The translations under genes and the position numbers were made by a program. Under the pieces are notes generated by a model. The model did no database searches. It had not been told where the DNA came from and saw only the letters and a program-made list of their open reading frames with translations. Source: Utricularia gibba (Eukaryota; Plantae; Magnoliophyta). Taken from it: DNA of 64,000 nucleotides. Shown here in pieces: positions 26,911-39,789 of this stretch; position 1 is the first letter of the stretch; the number at the start of each line of letters is the position of its first letter. The stretch covers positions 930,001 to 994,000 of the forward strand of contig NEEC01000017.1 in assembly GCA_002189035.1 (NCBI GenBank). The letters run 5' to 3'.

Positions 26911-28000
26911 ATGGCGGAGAGAATTCCTCAGAATGCTCTTCAGAACTTGCCTGATTTTTCTCTCCATGAAATGGACGGAATTGGATCCATCAATCAGAAT
27001 CCCTGTATGATTGGTGAGTTACTGGACGGCAGAAGCTCCCAATGCCGGTCGAAGAGCAAAAGAAAGATAATGCCGCCTGCTTCTGGGGATGAAAATGCCA
27101 AAGATGCCAATGGCGACGTCTTTGGAAGGCTTGATGACGAGCAGCTAAAGTCCACACGGTCATGCTCGAATCCCTCGACCTCTTTGGATAACAACAGCAT
27201 CAAGTCCCAAGAGAATCCAACTGGATTCCTTGGGGCGGCACCGCTTCAGCTTCCTAAGAGTGAATCTGAGGAGGCTCTTAGCTCATGCAGATCTGATGAG
27301 GGGCTCAATGCTTCCCATGCATCTGTACAAGAAGGCTCCGTGGGTAAGAATGTCGATCCGACACGGCTTAAAAGGTATCATGTTTGCACTAGAATTTACA
27401 GCTATACGGAGTTGGCATGAAATTTCCCATGTTGATAAAATCCTGGGTAGGATTTTGGCGAACAGGCAATCTGCTCAAAGATCCAGGGTGAGGAAATTGC
27501 GGCACATGGCTGAACTAGAACACAAGATTGCGACTTTACAGGTATGCTAATTGCCAAGAACTCCTGTGGACTGCAGATTGTGCAAAAACTCAAGATGTAT
27601 GTATTGCTGTGATCGATGAAGGCTGAGGTTTCAGCATTGTCTCCACGGGTAGCGTATCTTGACCAAAAACGAATGCAACTAAATGCTGACAACTCGGCTC
27701 TCATGCAAGGAATTGCAGCTTTAGAAAATGACAGAATCTTCAAAAATGGTTAGACCTTCCTGCATCTCTCATCTTATTCTACAGGAGCAGGAGAAGAGTC
27801 ATCTTGAAAACTTCTTGTCACCAGCTCACCAAGCAGCACTGAGGAGGGAAATCGAGAGGCTTTGGCGAGTTTACTATCAACAGAACCTTGAGACAACTAC
27901 AACCACTACATGGCTACCACCGGAACGGTCACAGTCGGCGGATGGCGGCTGCGCTGGACAAGAGAACCTGGATGTCAGCCAAACACATCTTCAATCTTAA
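26911..28000 (+). CDS. bZIP61: Group E bZIP transcription factor (bZIP34/bZIP61 type), divergent, 285 aa, 4 exons
   Basis: Exons 26911-27374, 27451-27541, 27622-27748 and 27825-28000 (858 nt, in frame, GT-AG). VDPTRLKRILANRQSAQRSRVRKL..LQAEVSALSPRVAYLD..DNSAL..IFKNAHQAALRREIERLWRVYYQQ. Confidence 0.88.
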
Positions 28001-28476
28001 TTCAGGTGCACTCAAAAGCGCTTCTAAGGAAAGCGGGATAGTGCAATTTCATTGCTGCCCTCTTAACAGCGTTGTTGTGGGTTGAATGTTGATACATTCT
28101 AGAGTTGCTGTAAATTCATGAACTGAACATGGCGATTTCTTTGATCGTAAGAAGGAAGACGTTGCAACTGGAATTGTATGTTTTGTACTGAAAGAAGAAG
28201 AAGAAGTCCCATGGCCTTTCAAAGCATGAGCGGCAGTAAATCAAAGTAGCAATCTTGAACAACGGCATAGAAAAATCAGCATCTGCAACTTGCGCTATTG
28301 GAGCACAGAAACTTCAGTCCTTTCCTCGTTCATTTATACTTCTGATTCGTCTCTCCCAAACTACGAATTCCCATTTGAGCCGTTTTCTTCTCTCAGGCTC
28401 TGCAACTTGAAACTGTGCTACTTCAGATTCCAAGCTTCTGTGTGACAGTATTACCCTCGCCTGTGCAGCATTTCGT

Positions 28477-29088
28477 CTACCATGAATATGAATGGCTTTT
28501 TCGCTTGCTGCCACAGATGTCAATCTCTTGTTCTCCGCGTTCCACTCTCGAAAAACCAAGCAATTGGCAGGCGTCATCATCTTCTTTGGCCTCCAACTTC
28601 TGCTGGTTGCGAAGTTGTTCAATTTCTTTAGCTGTGAGCATAACTCCCCCATGACCAACATTTCTGTAAGTTGGTTCCTCAGGAACTTGAGAACGCTTCC
28701 TGTATTCTGCAAAGTGTTTTTCGATATCCCTTAAAGCTTTCTTATAACCATCTAAAGCTTTGCCCATAAAACAAAGCTCACGTTCAAGGCGGAAAACTTC
28801 CTTATTCCTATTCTGCAGTTCTTGCCATCTGGTCTTACGAAGGCGCTTGATAACAGAATCCCGGTTGTGCACCTCAGAGAGCAGGAACTCTTCCCTTTCA
28901 GCATAAAACACCTTAGCTCTTTGAAATGCTCGTTCCCTTTCCTCCATGCCAGGGGACAAGATCACTCGATGATGCTCATTGCTTTCCTTGATGGAAAGAC
29001 GTGAGAGCAGACCACCCACTGCCGTTACCTCAACATCATCATCTCTCGGTTCTTCTACTGTGTAGTCTTCGAAATTCAAACGGCTCAT
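28477..29088 (-). CDS. Unknown coiled-coil-rich protein (203 aa from ATG 29088); true start and end uncertain
   Basis: Intronless GC-richer ORF with E/K/R-rich helical segments (EERERAFQRAK, EVFRLERELCFMGKALDGYKKALRDIEKHFAEYRKR); family not recognised with certainty. Confidence 0.5.
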   Translation of the reverse strand: MSRLNFEDYTVEEPRDDDVEVTAVGGLLSRLSIKESNEHHRVILSPGMEERERAFQRAKVFYAEREEFLLSEVHNRDSVIKRLRKTRWQELQNRNKEVFRLERELCFMGKALDGYKKALRDIEKHFAEYRKRSQVPEEPTYRNVGHGGVMLTAKEIEQLRNQQKLEAKEDDDACQLLGFSRVERGEQEIDICGSKRKSHSYSW

Positions 29089-30918
29089 TCCCAGGGTTTC
29101 TCGTTGTCCAGTTCCTCCAAAGCGGAAACGAGACGCCACTGAAGCAGATTTGAAGGCTATAAGAAAGCATTGTTTTCACCCGTCCGCCACTTCGATCCCC
29201 GGTAAGAATTGGAAACGAAGAATCGGAATGGCGCCGTCTGTTTTCAATCCTGACGCCTCGGTTCCTGCGAAGCGCTCGTCGTTGGGATTCCTAATCTTGT
29301 TTCGATATAAGATACAAATAAAGGACCTTGGTAGGCAAGGTTCCCAAAATTGGGACGTTGCCAAAATGTCCTTGTCATAAGTTTTTTTTTAGGAAAACAT
29401 TTTGATTTTCTAATTCATTTGTAAATTACCTCTATCAGATTGAGCTATTTTCAAATTACCATAATTCTTCAGTTTCATATAATTTATTTATATATTAAAC
29501 ATATAAAATCTTTTATAATTTTATAAAAACAATCAAAACAATAAAATTTTAAAAATGTTATACCCATAATGTGACTTGTATATTTTTGGAAAATGAATAA
29601 AAAATTAAAAAATAACATATAACATATTTAAAAAACAATCACTTTTTTATTTAATTCTTACTTTTTATTACTCCACAATTATTATTATAGGTAATCAAAA
29701 ATATACAAAATATTTTTAGAAATTCATAATTTTATTATTATTTTTTAATTCATAATTTTCAGATAAATAAATAACATTTTAATGAGCATAATTTTGAGCG
29801 GTTATAAAAGAAAAAGACTTGAATTACTACAAAATTTAAAATATTTCCAATTACTTTCAACTGATATTGAATGTGTAAAAAATAATAAATAAAAAATTTA
29901 AAAAATAAAATTAATGTAATAATTAATATAAATAGTATCATGAATTTCGAAATAATACATGATTTCAATTATTTTCAAAATCATTTCTAAATACAATAAA
30001 CACTTGTGTTACTTCAATTTTAAATAAAAAAAGTTAATTTTATGTAAAAATATTTTCATAATTATAAATAAATTATAATAATTAAAAAAATTAATTCGAA
30101 TATGAAACATGATTAAAGTATAAAATATATATGATGTAATATGAATATAAATATTCGAAGTCTAAAATTAATATTTAATTTTTTTAAAAAATAATATTAA
30201 TCAATACATGTAATGTTCAATAATCCATTTGTAAATTTGCTAATATAGATCAATCTCATTAATTGTTTTTTCACCAAACCAGAATTCGTTGGCATGATTT
30301 TTCATATTATATGCATTTAGAACATCTTAAAGTAATAAATAAAATACATTCTAGGAATCAATCAAATTATTTGTATCTTCAGTACAATTCCAAAATATAG
30401 GACAAATTGCATTGTTAATATAGAAAAATTGTATTAAGGAAGGTATTTAAAAATTTAAAAATAAAGAAATATAATAAATAATTTAAGTCACTAACCAAGT
30501 TTAAAATTGATTGATATGGCGAATCATTCATTAACAATGTATTGGTGGAATTATATTTGACTTTAAATGTTTCATTCTCTCAAATATATCGTAAAGATTT
30601 TACTTCATGGTATCATATACGTTACTGATATATTTTTCAAAAGTGACTATACAATTGGTTTGATCCTATTGAAAAACTAATTTGTTTTCGATATTATTTT
30701 CAAAATGTACTTCATCAATAACTTAAATATATTTATAATATTAAAATACTATTAATAATTGAACACAAAATAACTCTAATAATACGCCTTATACATATGG
30801 AATGGACACCTATAATTCAAAATCTAAATATGAGAATAAAATATTCAATTTATATAAATTATTGAAAAATAACATATCATCTCGAGCATAACGACGACAT
30901 ATGTTGAATATGAACCAT

Positions 30919-32030
30919 TGATAGCACACATTTTCTTTGCATTAAATAACACAAAATTATGATTTTTGGTGTGGTTTAGGCTAGATTTGTGTGATGTTTT
31001 ATATCATACTATACAAAGAGCAATATTCTACTATCTACAATCTGCAAGTTTAAGTTAAAATAGTAATGGTGTTAGGAACAGTACATTGGAGTAAAGGAGG
31101 TGAAATATTTTTGGAGGAGTGAGAGAATTGAAAAAAGAGCTTCAGCAGCGAATAACACACATGAGGAAGCTCGAGAACAAATGAAGCAGGTGAAGAAGAA
31201 AATTCTTATGGAAGAAAAGCAAAAAACGTGAAGAAAAAGCTCAAGAACCTAGCTCAGCATTATTATTCCGGGCTATGAACAGTAGTAAAAAGAAGATAGA
31301 ACTATTTCATCTTATTTTTCATTTGCTGGATATTTAATTTCTGTGACAATTTATCTTACAATGTTTATGATGTTTCTGTTAGTTTATAATTATGCAATCT
31401 TGTTTTAATTACGAAATATGATTGGTTAGATCTTAAAAATGCCATAAGTTGTAGAAGAGTGATGTTGAGCTAGGATTCATGAGAAAATTGATCAATGTAT
31501 CTTAACTTTCGTTTCTATCATTCCTTGGATAGACTTTAGGAGGAGAACGAACAACTTCATAAATCAAATGTTTGATTTAGAGTTATACCAACAAATCAAG
31601 GTGGAGATAGTAATTGTTAGTATTGGGTATAATTAGTAGAGGCGGGTAGACCTACTTCTATATATTTCGAATATAGGTAGACCTAAGTACGGGATGTGTG
31701 ATAACACTAAGGGCTACTTAACCAAAAACATAAGAAATGACCTAAGTAGATTAAGGTTGCTTAGAGTTGTGAGTATAGAAACATTGTAAATTAAATTAGA
31801 AACCTTAATACTATATCACTTAGATCACCTTGAGGCATTATAATATTACATTGTGCGCATAACTTGTATTTGTTATTGTCTGCATTCGAATTTAATCTTA
31901 GTTACTGAACTTGCATACTACTCTCAGTATGACCTTAGACTAAAAGTATTGTTATTTCAACGAACCTACATCTTATAAAAAACTTTGCAAGTACCTACTC
32001 CTTGATCGACCTCGAAATCTACTATATGAG
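30919..32030 (+). mobile_element. Athila-like LTR, 3' end not resolved
   Basis: Starts TGATAGCACACATTTT; shares GCTATGAACAGTAG, GGTAGACCTA and ACTTGCATACTACT blocks with family A LTRs. Confidence 0.6.
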
Positions 32031-32270
32031 TGTGTGGCCCACATTTTGCCCCAAGAAAGTGTGTTGCAATGAGGCCCGATGGGAATGGGATGCACGGTTG
32101 TTGTCGGTGGAAACCCACAACACACTTTGAGACATGATGGTTGGCATTGCGAAATTGAGACAAAATTGATACCTTTGATGCAATTTTCCTGAAAAAAACT
32201 ATGAATCCATTGGAAGGAAGCAATTGGAATTCCCTTTCCATCATTTTATTTGGGCTATTGAATAATAAAG

Positions 32271-34527
32271 TGATAACACATATTTTTAAATGTTTAAAGA
32301 TAAAAAAATAATTAATATTTTGCTATCAAACTCAGATTTTTTGTGACTATATTTTGATTTAATCCCAATGTTAGTTCTAATCATCCTCTTGAGCAATGCA
32401 ACATGTATTATCAACCCAAATCCCGAGGGGCTGAAAAAGAACAGTGAAGTTGAAGGAGATATGGACAAAAGCTGAATCAAGTACACACAAATCCCAATGT
32501 AAAAAAGAAAAGTAGATTTTTTTAAATAATGAACAAAAAGAAGACTATCTCCCCATTGGGGAACACGATAGAGAATTATGGGGAGGGGAGGAAGTAAAAA
32601 GTAGCAGCGGAACCATGGAGGATAAAGAAGATGAAACCATGACTCAAGTATTCTTTTGAAACTTTCTTCTGCTTATGAAAGACATTATTCTTAGCTAGGA
32701 GTTGTCTTAGCTTTTCTACGAAAACTATTTGATGTTTATGTTTCTGTTATACGTTTTATGTTGTTGTTGAATTTTAGAATCAAGATGATGTTCATGAAAT
32801 ATCATAAAAGTGTTTTTTTTCTTTTCCTTAGTATGAGTGGTGATGAACGTTGGAAATGAGATTTGCTAAATGTTGCGATTTAGCACATTCAACGCATCAA
32901 AAGAAATTTATAAACTTAGCTATTCTACTATACAAATCACAAGAATTAATGTAGTGAGGCAAGTAAAGGTCGAATCTACAAGGAATAATTGCAATTTTCT
33001 GAAGTTTATTACATTTACTGAAAATAAGGGGGTTTTCTAGGGTTTAGTTCTAACGCGGGTAAGATGTAAAATAACAGCTACTGAGAGAAACGAGCTGCAG
33101 GGATGAAGAGACTGAAATTAACACGAATGCATGGGAAACATAAAATAGAAGTGATTTTATTGGGTTTTACACTAGGGTCTAACTCTTGTGCCACTCAAGA
33201 AAGCCCATAGGCTTAAACTCAGCTTTAAAACGCTTTAAAACAGGGAAAGGGTTCGCAGGAACGGTAGAAAGTGTGTTAAACTTAGAACCAAGCACAAAAA
33301 GGGTAAACAACAGCATTTGCATAAACTGAAATAAGGTCTACAGAGGATTTATTGTTCACGATAAGATAAAAGAACACAACAAAAAGCATAAAAATGCATA
33401 AAATAACAGCAGCGAGTTCGTCAACGAAATGGAAAATAAAGCATCTAGTGGTTGCTCTCGGTCGCGGATCTGGTGGAAATCAATTTTCTGGGCGGAAAGG
33501 TGGTGTAGACACGTAGATCTGGAGTCGCCGGAGACGTTCGTTGGAGAAACGAAGTTCTCCTTACTCCCAATCCTCCTACTGTTCGCTATTTGTGCACTCT
33601 ACGTGCACAGGGTGTCTGTTTTCTCTCTCCTTTCCTTTTCCCTTAAGTTCAAAAGTAAGGATAGCTTTGTTTTTTCCTCATGCTTCTAGAAGGGAGATCT
33701 TTGCTCCAAATCTTATGTTTTCAGAAGAGTGGCTACTTTCGACGGAAAGTGACTTTTGCACAGCTTTTCTATCCCTTCTGACTTATCAACACGGAAAATG
33801 CACTGCTACAGTACTAGCTCTTACCCTGATAAGACTTAAAACATAGACTAGACGAAATATTTGAGTTTTCAGCTTGTTTTTATAATAAACGCATTCTAAC
33901 AGACTAAATACGCAAAAGAAGATAATTTAGCACACTAAATAACATTTATCTCTACAAAACATACTTAAAAACATATATTAAAACACAATAAAAACGATGT
34001 TATCAAGTGGCTAGACACTTAGAGGTGCCTTAGGACAAAGGGGGATAAGCATGCTTATTGTTCACTAAACCACACTACCACTTAATCACTCTACTTTTTT
34101 AATAAATCAGGATAGATCCATGAGGGGGAGATAGCGGTTTTCATCGTAAACAACTCGAATTAGAGGTAGACAAAAAATTAGGGAAAAATAAAGATTTGGA
34201 TAGACTTGAGCTTTTGTTTATTAGGTGAATGATTTTAGGTTTAGGTGGGATTGGGTAATAATTAGCATGTTTTCTCTAAGTATTTCAAGGCATCATTTTC
34301 TTTTATTTTAGATAAAGATCTGCTTTTACCCATTTGTTATCTTTTTGCATATATTATCGTTGAACTGCCTTTATATTAGCATAGACTAAATCTCTTATCG
34401 TGACACAAACTAAATGCACCAAACTTCACGTAACAAGCACATAGCTCCCTGTGTTAGAATTAGATTATAAATTTATTTGATAGGAGAAATTTACATTTTA
34501 AAGACATTGCATATGTTTTGTTTATCA
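32271..34527 (+). mobile_element. Athila-like solo LTR (outer), interrupted by a second solo LTR
   Basis: TGATAACAC...TTTGTTTATCA termini; 5-bp TSD TAAAG at 32266-32270 and 34528-34532. Confidence 0.9.
32841..34005 (-). mobile_element. Athila-like solo LTR (inner, different family)
   Basis: TGATGAAC...GTTATCA termini; TSD AGTGG at 32836-32840 and 34006-34010. Confidence 0.9.
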
Positions 34528-34949
34528 TAAAGATAATGTTGTGCCGATGACGATCAGCCCAGAATCTTGGAATCGATTCGAAATGCAATATTGGGCCTGT
34601 ATAAATAGCAAATGCATCGTTAGGGGAATTAGAGTTGGCTATCAACTACTAGTGTCTTTATTTTTGTTGTAAACAATCTCAATCACAAAGAGCTTGCATA
34701 CACTCATTGCATTGATGCGCTTCTAATGTGGTTTGATAAAGCATCATTTTCATGTGACAAAAATACTCCATTGAGTAGTTCACAAAGATCTCCTTCCTAC
34801 TATTGCATTAATTTTCCAAAGAACAAGCAGTATTTGTTGGAAGAAAAATTGAAGACATAATCAATTGAAGGAAAAAAAATTATTGTAAAAATAACTTAAT
34901 GCATTTATTCGGTAAACATAATTTTATTGTTGTTTAACTTTTGACTTTC

Positions 34950-36830
34950 AATTGCTCTCTTAAACAACAGCTTCCCGGATTTAATTTACGCTATCGCAAT
35001 GCACTTAATTGTGTGTGCAATTTCTTAAAATGCTCAAAATATCAATATGTTGATCTTTTGTTGCACAAAGCACCATGTCAATTTTCCCTTCCCCCGATAG
35101 ATCTAGAAATAAATGGTAACGAACATTGATGCGCTTGCTTCATTTGTGTAGTACCACACAATTCCAAACTTTTGAGTGCCTTGTACCTTATTGTAGGTTC
35201 GTTGCCATTAAGTAGATGAGTCTCTCCATCATCTGCTAATCCTAGCTTAAGTTTTATTCACTCAATTATCTTCTGAAAATTGATGTTGTATTAACCTTCT
35301 AACATGTTTTCATGCCAAATTTATCGAGCGCCTCCTAAGTGTATTTTTGCAGACTAATATATATTCCCCTTGAGTTAGAAACCATTCTTGTTCTCACATA
35401 ATATTTCATTTTTTCTAGATCAATCATATCGAATTCTTTGATTATTGAGTCCTTAAACTACAGTTTCTTGTGTATAGCAAATCATCAACATATATTTAGC
35501 TAACTTTTAGAAAATATCTGAATATTTTGTAAGATAATCAAGTTATTAATTGGCATCGTATGAGAATAGTGATGGATATACCATTCCTGACATTTTAAAA
35601 TAATATATTTATTTCATTTGAATCATAATCCATGTAGCCTTCACCAATAACTGAAAACATGTAGTTCATTACTTTAAAATCTATTGACATCTTCTCATGA
35701 TATTTTTTTGGCGACGCACTTCCTTCTTCCAGCACAGCTAACCCAAAATTCGTTAGATCTCAAAAAGTTCTTCATGAGCATTGCCAAATGCGCAAAATGC
35801 CCATCAAATGTCGAAAGGACTGATTGCACGAATAATCGTCTAGTGTTTTTTGTTGTCATCCTCCTTAAGTTGACACTTCTACTTTGATATCAATTGCTAG
35901 AGAATAAATTATAGACAAAATCAACTAAATGAAAAGATTTTTTGTAAAATAACTTAATGCATTTCTTTAATCAATAAATATTAAAGATAAAATAGCTAGA
36001 TCTATAATTATAAATTTTTGAAAAATATTTATTCCATATAATTTTCTCAAACATGTAATGAATTAGTTATCAATTCCTACCAACTTAGCCCTCCATAAAT
36101 AATGATTCATCACACTCGTATTTATTCAGAGCTCATGAATTTTTCGAGTAGTTCTATTGATAAGCATCTGGCTTATTTGAAGCACTTGTCATTAGATTGA
36201 TTCCAAATAACCCAGAATACAACTTTTTTTTATATTTCTTGACATTTATTGTATAAGAACCTATGGTTCTTCCTACTTTTCTTGATAATTACATTGAGGG
36301 TGTAGTCTATTGACATACCATCTTTTTATAATCTTTCTAAAAAACTCTATCTCCTAGTATTTAACCAGAGTATAGTGTATTGATTATTTTATGCATTCCT
36401 TGTGTTCCTCACACAACGCAGATGCTAGCATATATTGTTCATTCCACTTCTTTGTTTGGGTCAACATGTTATTCGTTGCTCTCTATATATTGAAGTTGAT
36501 TTTCCTTTACATCCATTTCTCTTATTGAATTCTTTGCATCTACATATCTCATTCTTCTCTTTTTGGCATATATTATTTAAGACACTCATCTTTTCCATTG
36601 AGAACATTTTGCTTTGAGTCAACATCCACGTTGGTTGATCCTTTTTGAAAAAGCAATTCCTTATAATTATCAACTTAATGTACAAAAATATATTGTTGAA
36701 CAAAATCTATTTATAGTTCTCAAAGTTGTCTTCCACACCCTCACATCCTCTCTCACCTTTCCTATCTCACTAATAGTTGCCTTTTTCTTTCTAAAAAGAA
36801 TTTCATAAATTCTTGGAAATATTTCCATTA
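34950..36830 (-). mobile_element. Degenerate Copia RT-RNase H
   Basis: Minus frames IYVDDL, KEFDMIDLEKMKYY..GIYISLQKYT*EALDKFGM, SKRINVRYHLFLDLSGEGKIDMVLCATKDQHIDI. Confidence 0.7.
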
Positions 36831-36836
36831 ATGGCA

Positions 36837-38203
36837 TGATGACACACATTTTCTCGGATTTTAATAATACAAAATAATTATATTGTATTATGGTTTAGGT
36901 TAGATAAATGTGATTTTTCATGTTTATGTGTGTTTATGTTAAAAAGTGGACTAAATCCTTTGATTTAGTCCATAACCTTTGTTACTAATGTTTGACTAAG
37001 TTCAGCAGGGAGATTAGCAGCAAAGTCGAACTTACAAACGTGTGGAACAAGTGGAAAAGGGCGCAATATCCGAAGAGAGACAAAGAGCAATGTTCTGCCG
37101 CCGCCTGCAGTCTACAAGTTTAGGCCAGGAATAGTGCTGGGGTCAGGAACAATTTAATGGAGTAAACGAGGGGAGATATTTTTCGAAAAAGGGGGATATA
37201 GCGGGAAGAATAGATGAATGAGCATAGAACGCACGCAAGGGTGCTTCTTCCTCAACGCAAAAAATACCAACCAGAAGAGGAGAAGAAGAACTTCATCCTC
37301 AAGAATAGCATCAAAGCCCAGTTCAGCGCTAATGTTTCGGCCTATGAACAGTAGCACACGGAAACCACAACTCTTACTGCTTTATTTTCGTTTATTGATG
37401 TTTTTCAGTTTCTACAACCAACTTTTTCACGATGTTCTTAACATTTTCATTGCTTTATGTTAATATTATCATGTTTTACCTTCAAAGTATGAATAGCTAG
37501 AACCCTAGGGATGTCTTAAGGTAAAGCATAGTGTTGTGAATCTAGGATTCTTAATAAAATTCATCATTGTTTCTTAACTCTTGTTTCTATCAATCCATGG
37601 GTAGACCTAAGTAGGGTAATAAGTAGTTTCACAACTTTAGATGCTTGGTTTAGAGGAAGATCAACAAATTAAGGCGGGAGCAATATGTGTTAGTTCGGGG
37701 TAGAACCAATAGAACTGGATAGACCTAATTCTATACATTTTGCATGCGGGTAGATCTAATTGTAATGTTGGTGATGATATTAGGGATTAGCTTAGCCGAA
37801 AATATGATGAATGACATGGGTAGACTTAGTTTATTTGAAGTTGTGAGTATAGAAATATGGTAATTTAAATTAGATATTTTAGCACTACACCACTTGCAGA
37901 TTCTTAAGGCATCTTCGTATTATTCTAAGTTAGAACTAGTACTTATTACCTTTTGTATTGAAACCTGATTTCGTTTACTGAACTTACTTACCACTACTAG
38001 TCCGAGATTAGACTAAAATTCACTATTATTCCGAATTATGCATCTACTAAAATACTTAGCAAGCACAAGTTTCTTATGACAGACCCCAAATTCAACTATA
38101 CATTTTATGTTTAATTTGTGTCTTGTGAGGATTAGAGACTATAAATTTATTTGATATGGATTTCTATTTTTATTACAACGATATTAGAAATTTTCGTTTA
38201 TCA
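36837..38203 (+). mobile_element. Athila-like solo LTR (family A)
   Basis: TGATGACACAC...TTTTCGTTTATCA; perfect TSD TGGCA at 36832-36836 and 38204-38208. Confidence 0.95.
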
Positions 38204-38330
38204 TGGCATCTCTATTGTCCATTGATTAGAAAAAAAAATGATTTTCTCTTCATAAATTCTAGGGTGTGTTAGAGGCTGCATAGGTCCATTTTTACCGGAC
38301 ATTTCACTGCACAATTTTGAAGAAGATTAT

Positions 38331-38566
38331 AGGAGTGTTCTGAAAAATTTTTAAAATCTATTTCTACTTTTCAGAAGTAAAAATAGTTTTGTTCTAGAAC
38401 ACTTTTAATTGTCAAAGTAATTCTACCAAAAACACTTTTAAAATTATAACTATAAAAATTATTTTTGGAAAAGTAAGTAATTGGTTACTTTTATTTTTTA
38501 TTTCTACTTTTCAAAAGTAATTTTGAAAAGTAAAAACAAGTTTCAAAAATTTTCTAGAACATTACT
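38331..38566. mobile_element. Tourist-like MITE
   Basis: Imperfect TIRs GTGTTCTGAAAAATTTTTAAAA / TTTCAAAAATTTTCTAGAACAT, flanked by TAT on both sides; a related end occurs at about 1237. Confidence 0.5.
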
Positions 38567-39789
38567 TATATTTGTTTCATCAAATTGATAAAATGATCTT
38601 CCCAATGTAAATTTTGATTGTAAATTTTTAAAATTAGACAATATTATGATAAATGATATCTCAATTATATAATTTAAATAAATGATTATATTTAAAAACA
38701 TTATTTTTTTTGTACTTTTTGTTATTCTTTTAGTCAGATTTTCAAAAATAATGATAAAGTCATTATTTTTTACACTTAAATTATAAAATATTAAAAAAAT
38801 GTATAAAATACATAAGTTCCATTATTGAATTCTTGTATCTATAACGATTACAAAAAGAGAATATGCACTGTTCTATTAAATGTTATTAAACAATCAATTT
38901 AAAATAAGTTCTCTACTCGATAATATAGAGTATAATTTTATAATTTAAAAAATATCAAATGCCAATTATATCAAAAAGCAATGTTGAGTTCATTATATAA
39001 TTTATTAAAAATATGAATACTATTGAGTGTTTAGATCAGTATAGAATAATGTATCATTTAATTATATGATTATTTACAACACTTTTTCTATAAAGAGTTT
39101 AATTATCAAACTATATATTCAATTTTTTAGATCAAAAGACATATAAAAATCCAGAAACAAAATTTATCGATTATATAATAATTTTTAATATTTTAAAATT
39201 TAAATAAAAAATTGTAATTAATTTTTAAAAAAGCACAAAAGAATAATATTTAAAAAAACCAAAATTTAGTAAATAAAATCATCAGTTTTAACAATTCACA
39301 ATTAAGATTGTGATTTTTCAGAAAAAGTTGATGCAATGAACATTTCTTCGAATTTGATTACATATAATAGGAGGCTTGAAAATGATTAAATTACTATATC
39401 AATGTAAAAAAGAATTTATTATGATAGTGATAATGTACTATTGTGATTTTCTTAAAAAAATAAAAAATACTTAAATATAAGATAATTTTCATAAAGTAAA
39501 TAATATTATGTTTGAAATTAAATAAATAAAGCTATGATATGATGAAACCTAAACTTCTTTTGACTTAGAGTACCTATTGACATAATTTTCATATTCATAA
39601 TTAAGATAATTTGTGTTAAAAATATCTATGTAATATTTAAAATGCAGTATATTCTTGTTTGTTTTTCATGTATGAAATTTTTATTTCTCACCTCTCACAA
39701 GCCTACTTGAAGTCAAAAATAGTGGAATTTGATTAGCTAAAAACCTTTTTTTCATTGTTGAATACTTCTCAACATTAGCAGCGTCATCC

